This document shows, piece by piece, positions 9,484 through 19,891 of a stretch of 44,956 nt of DNA. Position numbers and translations under genes: made by a program. Each line of letters opens with the position of its first letter. The stretch's first letter is position 1. The notes below the pieces were generated by a model. The model worked only from the letters and a program-made list of their open reading frames with translations. It did not search any database and was not told where the DNA came from. This DNA is from an uncultured delta proteobacterium. GTDB taxonomy: Bacteria > Desulfobacterota > RBG-13-43-22. Where the stretch lies: contig CAVUPH010000035.1 of NCBI GenBank assembly GCA_963743305.1, forward strand, positions 1 through 44,956, in the 5' to 3' direction.

Positions 9484-9512
9484 AGTATAGAATAGGCCGA
9501 GAGGGTGGTCAA
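9484..9512 (-). promoter_or_regulatory. sigma70-type promoter facing left
   Basis: TTGACC-17 bp-TATACT on the minus strand. Confidence 0.5.
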
Positions 9513-9857
9513 GGAGAAAAACGGAGAAAAAACAAAGTGACATAAAGGAGTTAAGGGTTTTCGGGCGGGTCAGCCGGCTGGTATAGAGGCCGGATTTATT
9601 CCGCGGCCCGGGTCCGGTTGAGAATGATGTTAGCATCAGCTCCCGGAGTGGGGTCGAAATTCACCGGGAACACCTTTAGCTTTCTCCTTAAATCGGGTCG
9701 GGAAGAATCTCTGATTTGAAACTTCATGGAATACTGAACGATTTCCTTGCCTCGAAAAAAATTTGAATAAAATCGAGTAATAAGTTAAATTAATCAATTG
9801 AGCCGAGAGGGATGAGGCCGTCCATCTACTATCCCGGTGGCCTTTAAGAGAATAGGT

Positions 9858-11228
9858 ATGTCCTTAACCGAAAAAATTTATACCGTCTCCGAGCTGACCC
9901 GGGAGATCAAGGAAATCCTGGAGGAGGAGTTCCCCTTCATCTGGGTGGAAGGGGAGATCTCCAATTTCCGGGTGCCGCCGAGCGGCCATTTTTATTTCAC
10001 CCTGAAGGACGCCGCCAGCCAACTGCGGGCGGTTTTCTTTCGGTCCGGCCAGGGGAGCCTCAATTTCGTCCCGGAAGACGGTCTCCAGGTGTTGTGCCTG
10101 GGACGGGTCAGTGTCTATGCCGGGCGAGGGGAATATCAGGTCATCTTGGAACGGATGGAGCTTAAGGGCTGGGGCGCCCTGCAGTTGGCCTTTGAGCGGC
10201 TCAAGGAAAAGCTGCAAAAGGAAGGACTTTTCGATGCGGAGCGGAAGAAGCCCCTGCCGGTCCTGCCCCGAAAGGTGGCCGTGGTCACTTCACCCACGGG
10301 GGCGGCGGTCCGGGATTTCCTGAGGATTCTTTACCGACGGTTTGAAAACATCCAGACCTTTATTTTTCCTGTTCTGGTCCAGGGGGAAAAGGCCTCGAAT
10401 GAAATTGCCGAGGCGATAGCCAAAATAAATGACTCCGACCTGGGAATTGAAGTCATTGTCCTAGCCAGGGGAGGGGGATCGATCGAGGATTTGTGGGCCT
10501 TTAATGAAGAGCGGGTGGCCCGGGCCATGGCCGCCTCGGGCATCCCGATCATCTCCGCCGTGGGGCATGAGGTGGATTTTACCATCGCCGATTTTGTAGC
10601 CGACCTGCGGGCCTCCACGCCCTCGGCGGCGGCGGAAATCCTGGTCCGGCCTCAGGGGGAGCTGGAAACGGAACTGGATGATTTTCAGGCCCGTCTGGAA
10701 TGGCTGTTGGCCCAAAAAGTGAGTCGTCTGCAGGAAAAACTGTTTCATCTGCGGAAACGCCTGGCTGACCCCCGCCGCCGCTGGCTGGAGGTAGCTCAAC
10801 GTTTGGATGATGGCGCGGTCCGTCTGCGGCTGGCCCTGATGGGCGGTCTTCAGCAAAAAGCCAACCGCTTGGGGTGGACCGGGGAGCGGTTGTTCGGCCT
10901 CAGCCCCAGGGAAACCATAAATTTACGCGGGGCCCAATTGGCCACCATGCTGTTCAAGCTCCAGGGGCACTCCCGGCAACTGGTCCACCGCTGGGAATTG
11001 GAAATGAAACGGGCCGAAAATACGCTCCGGGCCTTGAGCCCTTGGGCCGTCCTTTCCCGGGGCTACGCCCTGGCCCGAACCCTGCCGGAGCTGCGGGTTA
11101 TTCGGGAAGTGGAGCACCTCCGGCCGGGACAGGCCATCCGGGTCCAGGTGGCCCGGGGGGCAGTGGATTGCCGGGTCGAGGAAGTACTAACCAAAAAGGA
11201 GAAAACCGTTGGCCAAAGAGACGTTTGA
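9858..11228 (+). CDS. xseA: Exodeoxyribonuclease VII large subunit
   Basis: WVEGEISNF, SGHFYFTLKD, RGGGSIEDLWAFN, SAVGHEVDFTIADFVAD. Confidence 0.96.
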   Translation: MSLTEKIYTVSELTREIKEILEEEFPFIWVEGEISNFRVPPSGHFYFTLKDAASQLRAVFFRSGQGSLNFVPEDGLQVLCLGRVSVYAGRGEYQVILERMELKGWGALQLAFERLKEKLQKEGLFDAERKKPLPVLPRKVAVVTSPTGAAVRDFLRILYRRFENIQTFIFPVLVQGEKASNEIAEAIAKINDSDLGIEVIVLARGGGSIEDLWAFNEERVARAMAASGIPIISAVGHEVDFTIADFVADLRASTPSAAAEILVRPQGELETELDDFQARLEWLLAQKVSRLQEKLFHLRKRLADPRRRWLEVAQRLDDGAVRLRLALMGGLQQKANRLGWTGERLFGLSPRETINLRGAQLATMLFKLQGHSRQLVHRWELEMKRAENTLRALSPWAVLSRGYALARTLPELRVIREVEHLRPGQAIRVQVARGAVDCRVEEVLTKKEKTVGQRDV

Positions 11229-11457
11229 AGATTCCTTTAAAAAATTAGAGAAAATCATCGCTAAGATGGAGGGCGGGGACCTCCCCTTGGAGGAGACCCT
11301 CAGACTGTATGAAGAGGGGATGCGTCTTTACACCCATTGTTCCCAGAAATTGACCGAGGTCCAGAAAAAAGTGGAACTGCTCAGCCAGACCTCGGAGGGC
11401 AAGCTGGAGGGAAAGCCTTTTTCGATGGATGAAGGAGAAAATAGTCGGAATGAGTGA
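11209..11457 (+). CDS. xseB: Exodeoxyribonuclease VII small subunit
   Basis: TFEDSFKKLEKII...LPLEE...YEEG; follows xseA. Confidence 0.93.
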   Translation: MAKETFEDSFKKLEKIIAKMEGGDLPLEETLRLYEEGMRLYTHCSQKLTEVQKKVELLSQTSEGKLEGKPFSMDEGENSRNE

Positions 11458-11477
11458 ATAGTGGGTAGCTGATTATC

Positions 11478-11512
11478 GGGGATTGCTTCGTCGCTTCTCT
11501 CCTCGCAATGAC
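11478..11512. repeat. Family 1 palindromic element, half copy
   Basis: GGGGATTGCTTCGTCGCTTCTCTCCTCGCAATGAC, identical to the right arm of the 21656 copy. Confidence 0.8.
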
Positions 11513-11581
11513 AGACGGGGGACACCAGGCGAGATCATCAGGGGTAATAAATTCTAAGACCGGGTAAAGATAGAATCTCTA

Positions 11582-12505
11582 ATGGATATTAACGGAAAAA
11601 CATTTAAGTTAAGCCCGGCAGTGAGTCGATTGCTGGACGACTACCGGGAGCGGATAAACCTGGCCCTCCGGAGAAATTTGACGGACCCGAATCGCTTCAC
11701 CCACCGGGTTTTTAAGGCCACGGAGTACAGCTTGTTTTCCGGCGGAAAACGGCTGCGGCCCATCCTCTGCCTGCTGGCCTGCCGGCTGGTGAAAGGCCGG
11801 ACGGTCCAGGCCCTGCCGTTCGCCTGTGCCCTGGAATATATCCACACCTATTCCCTGATCCATGATGATCTCCCGGCCCTGGATAACGACGATTTCCGTC
11901 GCGGGCGGCCCAGTTGCCATAGGAAGTTCGGGGAGGCCACGGCCATCCTGGCCGGAGATGCTTTACTGACCGAGGCCTTTTCCCTGCTGAGCAGCCCCCG
12001 CCATTTGAAGGCCGTCTCCCCCGAAATCCGGCTGCAGTTGATCCGGGAAATTGCCCTGGCCTCCGGGCTGTCCGGTATGATCGGCGGACAGGAAGCCGAT
12101 TTGGCCGGGGAGAAGAAAAAAGTTTCTCTGGCCTACCTGCAGGACCTGCACCAGAAAAAAACCGGGGCACTGATAACGGCCTCCCTGGTTGGCGGCGGGC
12201 TGATCGGCGGGGCAGACTCGGAGACGCTGAAGCGGTTGCGCCAATTCGGCCTGAGAATTGGCCTGGCTTTTCAAATCCGGGACGACCTTTTAAACGTGGA
12301 AGGCCTATTCCAGGTTACCGGTAAAGTCTCGGGAACCGACGCCCAGCGGAATAAAGCGACCTACCCGGCGAAGGTCGGGGTAGGGGTCTCCAGGGAGACG
12401 GCCCGAAGCCTGGTGGAGCAGGCGGTGGAAACCCTCCGGCCTTTTGGTCGAAAGGCTCGACCCTTGGCAGAAATAGGCTATTATATAATCTCCAGAAACC
12501 GATAG
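11582..12505 (+). CDS. ispA: Farnesyl/geranylgeranyl diphosphate synthase
   Basis: GGKRLRP, SLIHDDLPALDNDDFRRG, FQIRDD; xseB-ispA-dxs synteny. Confidence 0.93.
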   Translation: MDINGKTFKLSPAVSRLLDDYRERINLALRRNLTDPNRFTHRVFKATEYSLFSGGKRLRPILCLLACRLVKGRTVQALPFACALEYIHTYSLIHDDLPALDNDDFRRGRPSCHRKFGEATAILAGDALLTEAFSLLSSPRHLKAVSPEIRLQLIREIALASGLSGMIGGQEADLAGEKKKVSLAYLQDLHQKKTGALITASLVGGGLIGGADSETLKRLRQFGLRIGLAFQIRDDLLNVEGLFQVTGKVSGTDAQRNKATYPAKVGVGVSRETARSLVEQAVETLRPFGRKARPLAEIGYYIISRNR

Positions 12506-12510
12506 AACCG

Positions 12511-14439
12511 ATGGAAACGAACCATAGCGCAAACCAACCGCTACTGCCCTCCGGGGTATTAGCCACCCTCGCCGGTCCGGAGGACCTGAAACGGTTTTCT
12601 TTGACCCAATTGAAGGAACTGGCCGAAGAAATCAGGACGGTGATTATTCAAACCGTGGCCCGCAACGGCGGGCATCTGGCGCCCAATTTGGGGGTGGTGG
12701 AATTGACCCTGGCCCTTCATTATGTCTTCAACAGTCCGCGGGATAAGATCATCTGGGACGTTGGGCATCAATGTTATACTCATAAGCTGTTGACCGGTCG
12801 GGCCGGTGTTTTTTCGACTTTGAGGACCTGCGGGGGTCTCAGCGGCTTCCCCAAAAGGGAGGAAAGTCCCCATGATGCCTTTAATACCGGTCACAGCGGG
12901 ACTTCCATTTCCGCGGCCCTGGGGATTGCCACCGCCAAGGACTTAAAGCGCGAGGCCGCCAAAGTGGTGGCTGTTATCGGGGACGGTTCCCTGACCGCCG
13001 GGGAAGCCTTTGAAGGCTTGAATCAGGCCGGGCACTTAAATAAGGACCTGATCGTGGTCCTCAATGATAATGAGATGTCCATTTCCAATAATGTGGGCGC
13101 CCTTTCTTCCTTCCTGAGTAAACGCTTGACCGGCAAAGGTTTCGTTCAGTTCAAACGGGAAATGGAATCGTTTTTCAAGTCTCTGCCGGGGATTGGAGAA
13201 TCGATCCTCCAGTGGGCCAAAAAAAGTGAGGATTCCCTCACCGGGTTTTTTACGCCGGGGATGCTTTTTTCGGCCCTCCATTTCGATTACGTGGGGCCGG
13301 TCAGGGGGCACCGACTGGAAGCCCTCATCGAGACCTTCGAAAATATCCGCCATTTGGAAGCCCCGGTATTGGTTCATGTTCTGACCACTAAAGGGAAGGG
13401 CTATCCTCCGGCGGAAAAGGACCCCACCCGGTTCCATGGGGTCGGCCCTTTTGACATTGAGAGCGGGGAGCCTCTCGGGCCGAAAAACGGCGCCCCGGTC
13501 ACCTATACCCGGGTTTTCGGGGATACGGTAACGGCTCTGGCTGAGAAGGACCTCCGGGTGGTAGCCGTTACCGCCGCCATGACCGAAGGTACGGGGTTGG
13601 ATGAATTTTCCCGGCGCTTTCCCCGGCGATTTTTTGACGTAGGGATCGCCGAGCAGCATGCCGTCACCTTTGCCGCCGGGTTGGCTTCCGAAGGATTGAG
13701 GCCCATCGTGGCCATTTACTCGACCTTTATGCAGCGGGCCTACGACCAGATCCTGCATGATGTCTGCCTGCCCGACTTGCCGGTTATATTGGCCCTGGAC
13801 CGGAGTGGGATTGTGGGAGAGGATGGTCCGACCCACCAGGGACTGTTTGACCTTTCCTACCTTCGCCCGCTCCCCAACCTGACGGTGATGGCCCCCAAGG
13901 ACGAAAGGGAACTGCGGAACCTGTTGGCCTCGGCCCTGACCTATGATACTCCGGCGGCTATCCGCTACCCGCGGGGGGGAGGTCTGGGAGTCCCACTGGA
14001 AGGAGACCCGGACATGATTCCCCGGGGGCAATGGGAGTGGCTGGAAGCCGGGGAGCAGACCGTGATCCTGGCCGTGGGAAATATGGTCACCCCGGCCCTG
14101 CAGGCGTCTCGCCTGTTGAAGGAAGAGGGAATTTCCGCGGCCGTGATCAATGCGCGTTTCATCAAACCCCTGGATGAGGCCCTGCTTCAGGAACTGGCCG
14201 CACGGTTCCCGCGGCTATTTACGGTGGAGGAAAATGTCCTGCTCGGAGGGTTTGGGAGTGCCGTGCTGGAGGCCCTGCAGCGTTTGGGAAAAACGGGGAA
14301 CCGGGTCCGGTCCCTGGGGGTCCCCGATCGCTTTATCACGCACGGCAGTCCCCGGGAACTACGACGACTCTGCGGTTTGGACACTGAGGGGATCATTCAA
14401 GCCATCCGGGAGGAATGGAGTGGCCCCTCCCGCGGCTAA
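12511..14439 (+). CDS. dxs: 1-deoxy-D-xylulose-5-phosphate synthase
   Basis: GGHLAPNLGVVELT, WDVGHQ, GDG...LNDN, DVGIAEQHAV, DGPTHQG. Confidence 0.97.
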   Translation: METNHSANQPLLPSGVLATLAGPEDLKRFSLTQLKELAEEIRTVIIQTVARNGGHLAPNLGVVELTLALHYVFNSPRDKIIWDVGHQCYTHKLLTGRAGVFSTLRTCGGLSGFPKREESPHDAFNTGHSGTSISAALGIATAKDLKREAAKVVAVIGDGSLTAGEAFEGLNQAGHLNKDLIVVLNDNEMSISNNVGALSSFLSKRLTGKGFVQFKREMESFFKSLPGIGESILQWAKKSEDSLTGFFTPGMLFSALHFDYVGPVRGHRLEALIETFENIRHLEAPVLVHVLTTKGKGYPPAEKDPTRFHGVGPFDIESGEPLGPKNGAPVTYTRVFGDTVTALAEKDLRVVAVTAAMTEGTGLDEFSRRFPRRFFDVGIAEQHAVTFAAGLASEGLRPIVAIYSTFMQRAYDQILHDVCLPDLPVILALDRSGIVGEDGPTHQGLFDLSYLRPLPNLTVMAPKDERELRNLLASALTYDTPAAIRYPRGGGLGVPLEGDPDMIPRGQWEWLEAGEQTVILAVGNMVTPALQASRLLKEEGISAAVINARFIKPLDEALLQELAARFPRLFTVEENVLLGGFGSAVLEALQRLGKTGNRVRSLGVPDRFITHGSPRELRRLCGLDTEGIIQAIREEWSGPSRG

Positions 14440-15226
14440 ACGGCGATTGGACCACCTGCTGTTGGAGAGGGGGCTGGCCACTTCCCTGGAAAAAGCCAAG
14501 GCCTTGATTTATGCCGGGGCGGTCTGGATAGACCGGACCCCGTCGGTCAAGCCCGGCCGAGCGGTATCCCTGGACGTCACTCTGGAGGTCAAGGAGCCGG
14601 AACACCCCTATGTAAGCCGCGGCGGGGTCAAATTAGCCGGGGCACTAGATCACTTTAACCTGCCCGTGGGAGGAAAAATCGCCCTGGATGTAGGGGCCTC
14701 CACCGGAGGGTTCACCCATTGTTTACTCCTGCGAGGGGCCGTCCGGGTCCATGCCGTGGATGTCGGGTACGGTCAGTTGGCCTGGACGCTGAGACAGGAC
14801 CCTCGGGTCCGGGTCCTGGAACGCCGCAATGCCAGGTACCTGAGCCTGGAGGATATCGGCGAAAAAGTCGATCTAATCGTGATCGACGCCTCATTTATTT
14901 CCCTGAGAATCATCATCCCTCCCCTGCTGGCCATCGTCAAGCCGGGAGGAGATATTGTGCCTTTGGTCAAGCCCCAATTCGAAGTCGGCAAGGGCAAGGT
15001 GGGGAAGGGAGGGGTGGTTCGTAATCCGGAAGATCGGAAAGAGGTGCTCCAAGCCTTGAACGACCACTTTGAAGAATTAGGTCTCAGGGTGGAGGGACCC
15101 CTGGAGTCCCCCATTTTAGGGGCTAAAGGAAATCAGGAGTATTTTTTTCATTTGAAGAAAGAAATTGACGGACTCGCAAAAAGTCCGTCAGCAACCCGAG
15201 CGCGATTAAGCGCCGGGCTGGGGTAG
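14420..15226 (+). CDS. tlyA: TlyA family RNA methyltransferase
   Basis: KRRLD S4 domain, YVSRGGVKL, DVGASTGGFT, KPQFE, GNQEY; probable GTG start at 14420. Confidence 0.93.
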   Translation: MAPPAAKRRLDHLLLERGLATSLEKAKALIYAGAVWIDRTPSVKPGRAVSLDVTLEVKEPEHPYVSRGGVKLAGALDHFNLPVGGKIALDVGASTGGFTHCLLLRGAVRVHAVDVGYGQLAWTLRQDPRVRVLERRNARYLSLEDIGEKVDLIVIDASFISLRIIIPPLLAIVKPGGDIVPLVKPQFEVGKGKVGKGGVVRNPEDRKEVLQALNDHFEELGLRVEGPLESPILGAKGNQEYFFHLKKEIDGLAKSPSATRARLSAGLG

Positions 15227-15320
15227 GGGTGGAACCATTTGAATTCACTTCAAATGGCGGGGGAGGGAAAGCCCCCCCGCCGAGCAGAAAGTCGCTTTTT
15301 GACTTTTTGCGAGGTCATCA
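15166..15320. repeat. Palindromic MITE/REP-like element family 2, overlapping the tlyA 3' end
   Basis: Terminal inverted repeats TGACGGACTCGCAAAAAGTC / GACTTTTTGCGAGGTCATCA. Confidence 0.65.
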
Positions 15321-15330
15321 GGATTGAATC

Positions 15331-16521
15331 GTGGTGAAATTGGCCGAAAGGGTTTCCCGTATCAAACCCTCATTAACTACCGCCGTGGATACCAAGGCCA
15401 AGGCCATGGAAAAAGCCGGTCGGGATGTGGTCAACTTCGGGGTCGGCGAACCTGATTTTGACACTCCTGAACGCATTAAGGAAGCCGCGATTCAGGCTAT
15501 TAATGAGGGGTTTACCAAATATACGCCGGTGGGAGGCATCGACGAACTCAAAGAGGCGATTCGAACCCGGTTTCAGGAAGACCTGGGTTTATCTTATCAG
15601 TTGAATGAAGTAGTCATATCCTGCGGCGGGAAGCACTCCTTGTATAATATTGCCCAGGTCCTTTGGGGCCCTGGGGACGAGGTTATTGTCCCGGCCCCCT
15701 ACTGGGTCTCTTATCCCCCCATGATTCTTTTAGCGGGGGCCACTCCGGTGATCCTGCCTACTAAGGAAGAAAACGGTTTTAAGGCTACCCCGGAAGAATT
15801 GGCCTCGGTGGTCACCAGGAAGAGCCGGGCCATCATCATTAATAGCCCGTCCAATCCCACGGGTTCCGTCTATAATCGGGGAGAATTGGAAGCCTTGGGG
15901 CGCATCATTCTGGAAAAAGACCTCACCGTGGTCAGCGACGACCTTTATGACAAGATTATATTTAACGGCCGTTCTTTCGTAAATCTGGCCATGCTGGGGG
16001 AGGAATATAGGACCCGAACCCTCATCGTCAATGGGGTATCCAAGGCCTACGCCATGACCGGCTGGCGAATCGGATATGTCGCCGGTCCAAAGGAAGTGAT
16101 TGCCGCCATTAACAAAATCCAAAGCCACAGTACTTCCAATCCGACCTCTATCGCTCAGATAGCGGCACTGGCGGCGCTGGGGGGACCCCAGGATTTCGTT
16201 CAACATCTGCGGCAGGAATTCGACCGCCGCCGGACCTACATCGCGGAGCGATTAGCCGCTCTGCCGGAGGTCCGAACCTCCCTGCCGGACGGCGCTTTCT
16301 ATATTTTCCCTAATTTTTCCGCTTATTATCACAAAAAAATAAGTGGGAAAACTATTAAAGATTCCCTTGAGTTGGCCGATTATCTCTTAGAGAAGGCCCG
16401 GATCGCCGTGGTCCCCGGGGTGGCCTTTGGAGAGGACCAATGTCTCCGTTTTTCATACGCCACTTCCCTGGCCTTGATTGAAAAGGGAATGGATCGGCTG
16501 GAAAAGGCCTTAAAGGGATGA
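15331..16521 (+). CDS. aspC: PLP-dependent class I (aspartate) aminotransferase
   Basis: GEPDFDTP, NSPSNPTG, SKAYAMTGWRIGY. Confidence 0.9.
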   Translation: MVKLAERVSRIKPSLTTAVDTKAKAMEKAGRDVVNFGVGEPDFDTPERIKEAAIQAINEGFTKYTPVGGIDELKEAIRTRFQEDLGLSYQLNEVVISCGGKHSLYNIAQVLWGPGDEVIVPAPYWVSYPPMILLAGATPVILPTKEENGFKATPEELASVVTRKSRAIIINSPSNPTGSVYNRGELEALGRIILEKDLTVVSDDLYDKIIFNGRSFVNLAMLGEEYRTRTLIVNGVSKAYAMTGWRIGYVAGPKEVIAAINKIQSHSTSNPTSIAQIAALAALGGPQDFVQHLRQEFDRRRTYIAERLAALPEVRTSLPDGAFYIFPNFSAYYHKKISGKTIKDSLELADYLLEKARIAVVPGVAFGEDQCLRFSYATSLALIEKGMDRLEKALKG

Positions 16522-16553
16522 CCCCTAAGAAAAATCTTATTAAATTTGGACAG

Positions 16554-16584
16554 CGGAGCCTTCTTGGGACCCAAGAAGGCTCCG
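16554..16584. terminator. Hairpin between convergent aspC and PxxKW genes
   Basis: CGGAGCCTTCTTGGG-a-CCCAAGAAGGCTCCG; lacks a clear U tract. Confidence 0.45.
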
Positions 16585-16610
16585 GACCTCAGGGAAAAGG
16601 GTAAGGAATC

Positions 16611-16892
16611 CTAACGAGTGCTGCGTTTGGAGGCCTTCAAGGGATTAATCTTTTGAGCAGGTTTAGTCGGGGCCTTAGGCTTTATGTGGGTGGCCAGATT
16701 GCAGTTGCCGAATTTCCACTTTTGAGCCGGATCGGGGCAGGAGATGCAAAATTTGCCGCTGGGAAAGTCTTTCGCCCGATCACAGCCGTCGCATTGTTCA
16801 CTAATCGTCAGGCAGCCGCCTCCGGTAAAGGAGCAACCTTTGGTATTCATGAAAGTGCAGGCCGTCCCGGCCTTTAAGGTTGTACAGTCCAT
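16611..16892 (-). CDS. PxxKW-family cysteine-rich small protein
   Basis: Multiple Cys, PAQKW, CNLATH, C-terminal KINPLKASKR. Confidence 0.8.
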   Translation of the reverse strand: MDCTTLKAGTACTFMNTKGCSFTGGGCLTISEQCDGCDRAKDFPSGKFCISCPDPAQKWKFGNCNLATHIKPKAPTKPAQKINPLKASKRSTR

Positions 16893-16978
16893 GGGTTTCA
16901 CCCCCCTTCTTACTAAAATTTATCAATTTATAATATTTATTTTATAAATGTCAACATTTTTTTTAATTATTAATAACC

Positions 16979-18676
16979 ATGTTTAAAAGTCGCCGCATCG
17001 GGGAACTGTTACTCCGGGAAAACAAGATCACTGCGCAACAACTGCAGGAGGCCCTGGAAGATCAGAAAAGACAAGGGGGGCAAGAAAAAATCGGAGCCAT
17101 CTTGGTCAAAAAGGGATTTGTCACCGAAGAAACGCTGACTTTCTTTTTGTCCAAGCACTTTGGTCTTCCTCAGATTCAATTGGAGGGGTTGGTTTTGGAT
17201 CCGGCGTTGACCGGGGTTATCCCGGCCCAGGTGGCGCGAAAATATGAAATCTTGCCGATTGGCCGGGAGGGGGCCAATTTAAAAATAGCCATCTCCGATC
17301 CCTCCAACATTTTTGCCCTGGATGACCTGAAATTTCTAACCGGAAGCAACATCCAGCTTTTTTTGGTGTCCGATCAAAGCCTCAAGGAGGCCCTCGACAA
17401 ATATTACACCATCACCGATACCATCTCCGATGTCCTGGAAGACATCAAAAACCTGGAGGTGGATGTCATTAAGCCCGAAGAGGACCAGGACGATCTGAGC
17501 CTGGAAATGGCCGCCGCGGAAGCCCCGGTGGTCAAACTGGCCAATTTGATCCTCATGGATGCCATCAAACGGGGGGCCAGCGATATCCACTTTGAGACCT
17601 ACGATAAGGCCTTCCGGGTTCGTTACCGTATTGATGGCGTTCTTTATGAGGTAATGAATCCTCCCCTAAAATTGAAAAACGCGATTATCTCCCGGTTGAA
17701 AATCATGTCCAATCTCAATATCGCCGAAAGAAGGCTCCCGCAGGACGGACGACTGAAGTTAGGGTTCGGCCAGGGCAGAGAGATGGACTTCCGGGTCTCA
17801 ACGCTGCCGACCCTTTTTGGTGAAAAAGTGGTCCTCCGGCTGATGGATAACCGTGACTCTCGTTTCGACTTAAACCTTCTGGGATTTGAGCCGGAGGCCT
17901 TGAAAGAGTTCCAATCGGCCATCCATAAGCCTCATGGCATGGTACTGGTCACCGGACCGACGGGCAGCGGCAAAAGCACCACCCTTTACTCGGCCCTGAG
18001 AGAATTAAACCAGACCACCCAAAATATATCTACCGCTGAAGATCCGGTGGAAATGAATATTATGGGCATCAACCAGGTTCAGATCCACGAAGAGATAGGA
18101 CTGACTTTCTCCCATACCTTAAGATCCTTCCTCCGTCAAGACCCGGATATCATTATGGTCGGTGAAATCCGGGATCGGGATACCGCCGAGATCGCTATCA
18201 AAGCGGCCCTCACCGGGCATTTGGTCCTGAGCACCCTGCATACCAACGATGCCCCTAATACCGTGACTCGCCTTTTGGATATGGGCGTCGAGCCTTTTTT
18301 GGTGTCCTCCTCCCTGAACCTGGTGGTGGCCCAACGTTTAATTCGAACACTCTGTACCAAATGTAAACAGCGGATCGAAGCACCGGAAGAATTGTTTCGA
18401 GAATTTAATCTGGATCCCGCGACCGTGAGCTTATTCGGGGGCGCCGGTTGTCCGGAATGCAATTTTTCAGGATATCGGGGTCGGATTGCTATCTACGAAG
18501 TGCTGCCTTTCCGCGATGAATTGAAAGAACTGATCTTCGAACGATCCTCGGCGGCTGAAATCCGGAAAAAGGCTAGAACCTTAGGAATGATGACTCTTCG
18601 GGAAACCGGGATCAACAAGGTGATTGCCGGAGTGACCACCTTGGAAGAAGTATTACGAATAACTGAAAGGGAGTAG
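16979..18676 (+). CDS. pilB: Type IV pilus assembly ATPase
   Basis: ASDIH, RYRIDG, ERRLPQDG, GPTGSGKSTT, LRQDPD, Cys Zn motif. Confidence 0.95.
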   Translation: MFKSRRIGELLLRENKITAQQLQEALEDQKRQGGQEKIGAILVKKGFVTEETLTFFLSKHFGLPQIQLEGLVLDPALTGVIPAQVARKYEILPIGREGANLKIAISDPSNIFALDDLKFLTGSNIQLFLVSDQSLKEALDKYYTITDTISDVLEDIKNLEVDVIKPEEDQDDLSLEMAAAEAPVVKLANLILMDAIKRGASDIHFETYDKAFRVRYRIDGVLYEVMNPPLKLKNAIISRLKIMSNLNIAERRLPQDGRLKLGFGQGREMDFRVSTLPTLFGEKVVLRLMDNRDSRFDLNLLGFEPEALKEFQSAIHKPHGMVLVTGPTGSGKSTTLYSALRELNQTTQNISTAEDPVEMNIMGINQVQIHEEIGLTFSHTLRSFLRQDPDIIMVGEIRDRDTAEIAIKAALTGHLVLSTLHTNDAPNTVTRLLDMGVEPFLVSSSLNLVVAQRLIRTLCTKCKQRIEAPEELFREFNLDPATVSLFGGAGCPECNFSGYRGRIAIYEVLPFRDELKELIFERSSAAEIRKKARTLGMMTLRETGINKVIAGVTTLEEVLRITERE

Positions 18677-18678
18677 CT

Positions 18679-19888
18679 ATGCGGACCTATAGCTGGGAAG
18701 GAAAATTGAAAACAGGAGAAGTAAAAAAGGGCGAGCTGGTGGCCGAAACCATTTCCATCGCCCGCATTCAATTGCGCAAGCTGCGCATTACCCCCATTCG
18801 GATTCGGGAGAAAAAAGACCAGACCACGGCCGGCTTTTCCATCCGCCGTCGAATTCCCGAAAAGAACATCGTCGTTTTCACCCGCCAGTTTGCCACGATG
18901 ATTAATGCCGGCCTGCCTTTGGTCCAATGTTTAAGCATCCTGGCCTCCCAGGAGGAAAACCCGGCCTTTTTAAAGGTCATCTCCCAGGTGAAAGGCGATG
19001 TGGAAGGCGGGCAGTCGTTGGCCGAAGCCCTCAAGAAATTCCCAAAGGTTTTCAATGACTTGTATGTTAATCTGGTGGAGGCCGGGGAAGCAGGTGGAAT
19101 CTTGGATGTTATTCTCAATCGACTGTCTGAGTACATTGAGAAGGTGCAAAAGTTGAAAAAAAAGGTCAAGGGGGCGATGGTCTATCCGGCCGTCGTGGTG
19201 AGCGTGGCCATCCTGGTCGTGACCGTCATTTTAATTTTTGTCATTCCGGTTTTTGAAAAAATGTTCTCCGAGTCCGGCCAGGCCCTCCCGCTTCCAACTC
19301 AGATAGTCATTGAACTGAGCCGGTTCGTTAAAAAGAACATTCTCTTCCTGGGCATCGGGTTCGGATTTATCCTGTTCCTGCTCAAAAGATTTCATCGTAC
19401 CTCGGCCGGAAAATACCTGATGGACGATTTCTCTCTGCGCATGCCGATTTTCGGGCCTCTGCTGCGCAAGGTGGCCGTTGCCAAATTTGCCCGGACCTTC
19501 GGGACCATGGTCAGCAGCGGTGTGCCCATCCTGGAGGCGTTGGAAATCGTCGCCCGCTCGGCGGGAAACAAGGTCATTGAGAAGGCCATTATCAAAGCCC
19601 GCGGCAGCATCAGTCAGGGGAAGACCATTGCCGAGCCGTTGACGGAAAGCAAGGTTTTTCCGCCCATGGTCACCCAGATGATTCAGGTGGGGGAATCCTC
19701 GGGCGAGCTGGATACCATGCTCGGAAAGATCGCGGACTTTTACGATGATGAAGTCGACTGCGGCCGTGAGCACCTTGACCGCCATGCTGGAACCTCTAAT
19801 GATGGTTCTTCTGGGAGGACTGGTTGGCGGTTTAGTGGTGGCTATGTATCTGCCTATCTTTAAAATGGCGGCGGTCATTTCCGGATAA
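18679..19888 (+). CDS. pilC: Type IV pilus platform protein (frameshift near 19760)
   Basis: FTRQFATMINAG, GEAGG, AMVYP, GESSGELD; C-terminus LEPLMMV...MYLPIF in another frame to TAA 19886-19888. Confidence 0.92.
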
Positions 19889-19891
19889 GAA

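Noticed and set aside
9550-9730. Possible ncRNA/riboswitch or 43-aa minus-strand ORF upstream of xseA
   Set aside because: No recognisable RNA family motif, RBS or protein motif by eye; needs an Rfam scan.
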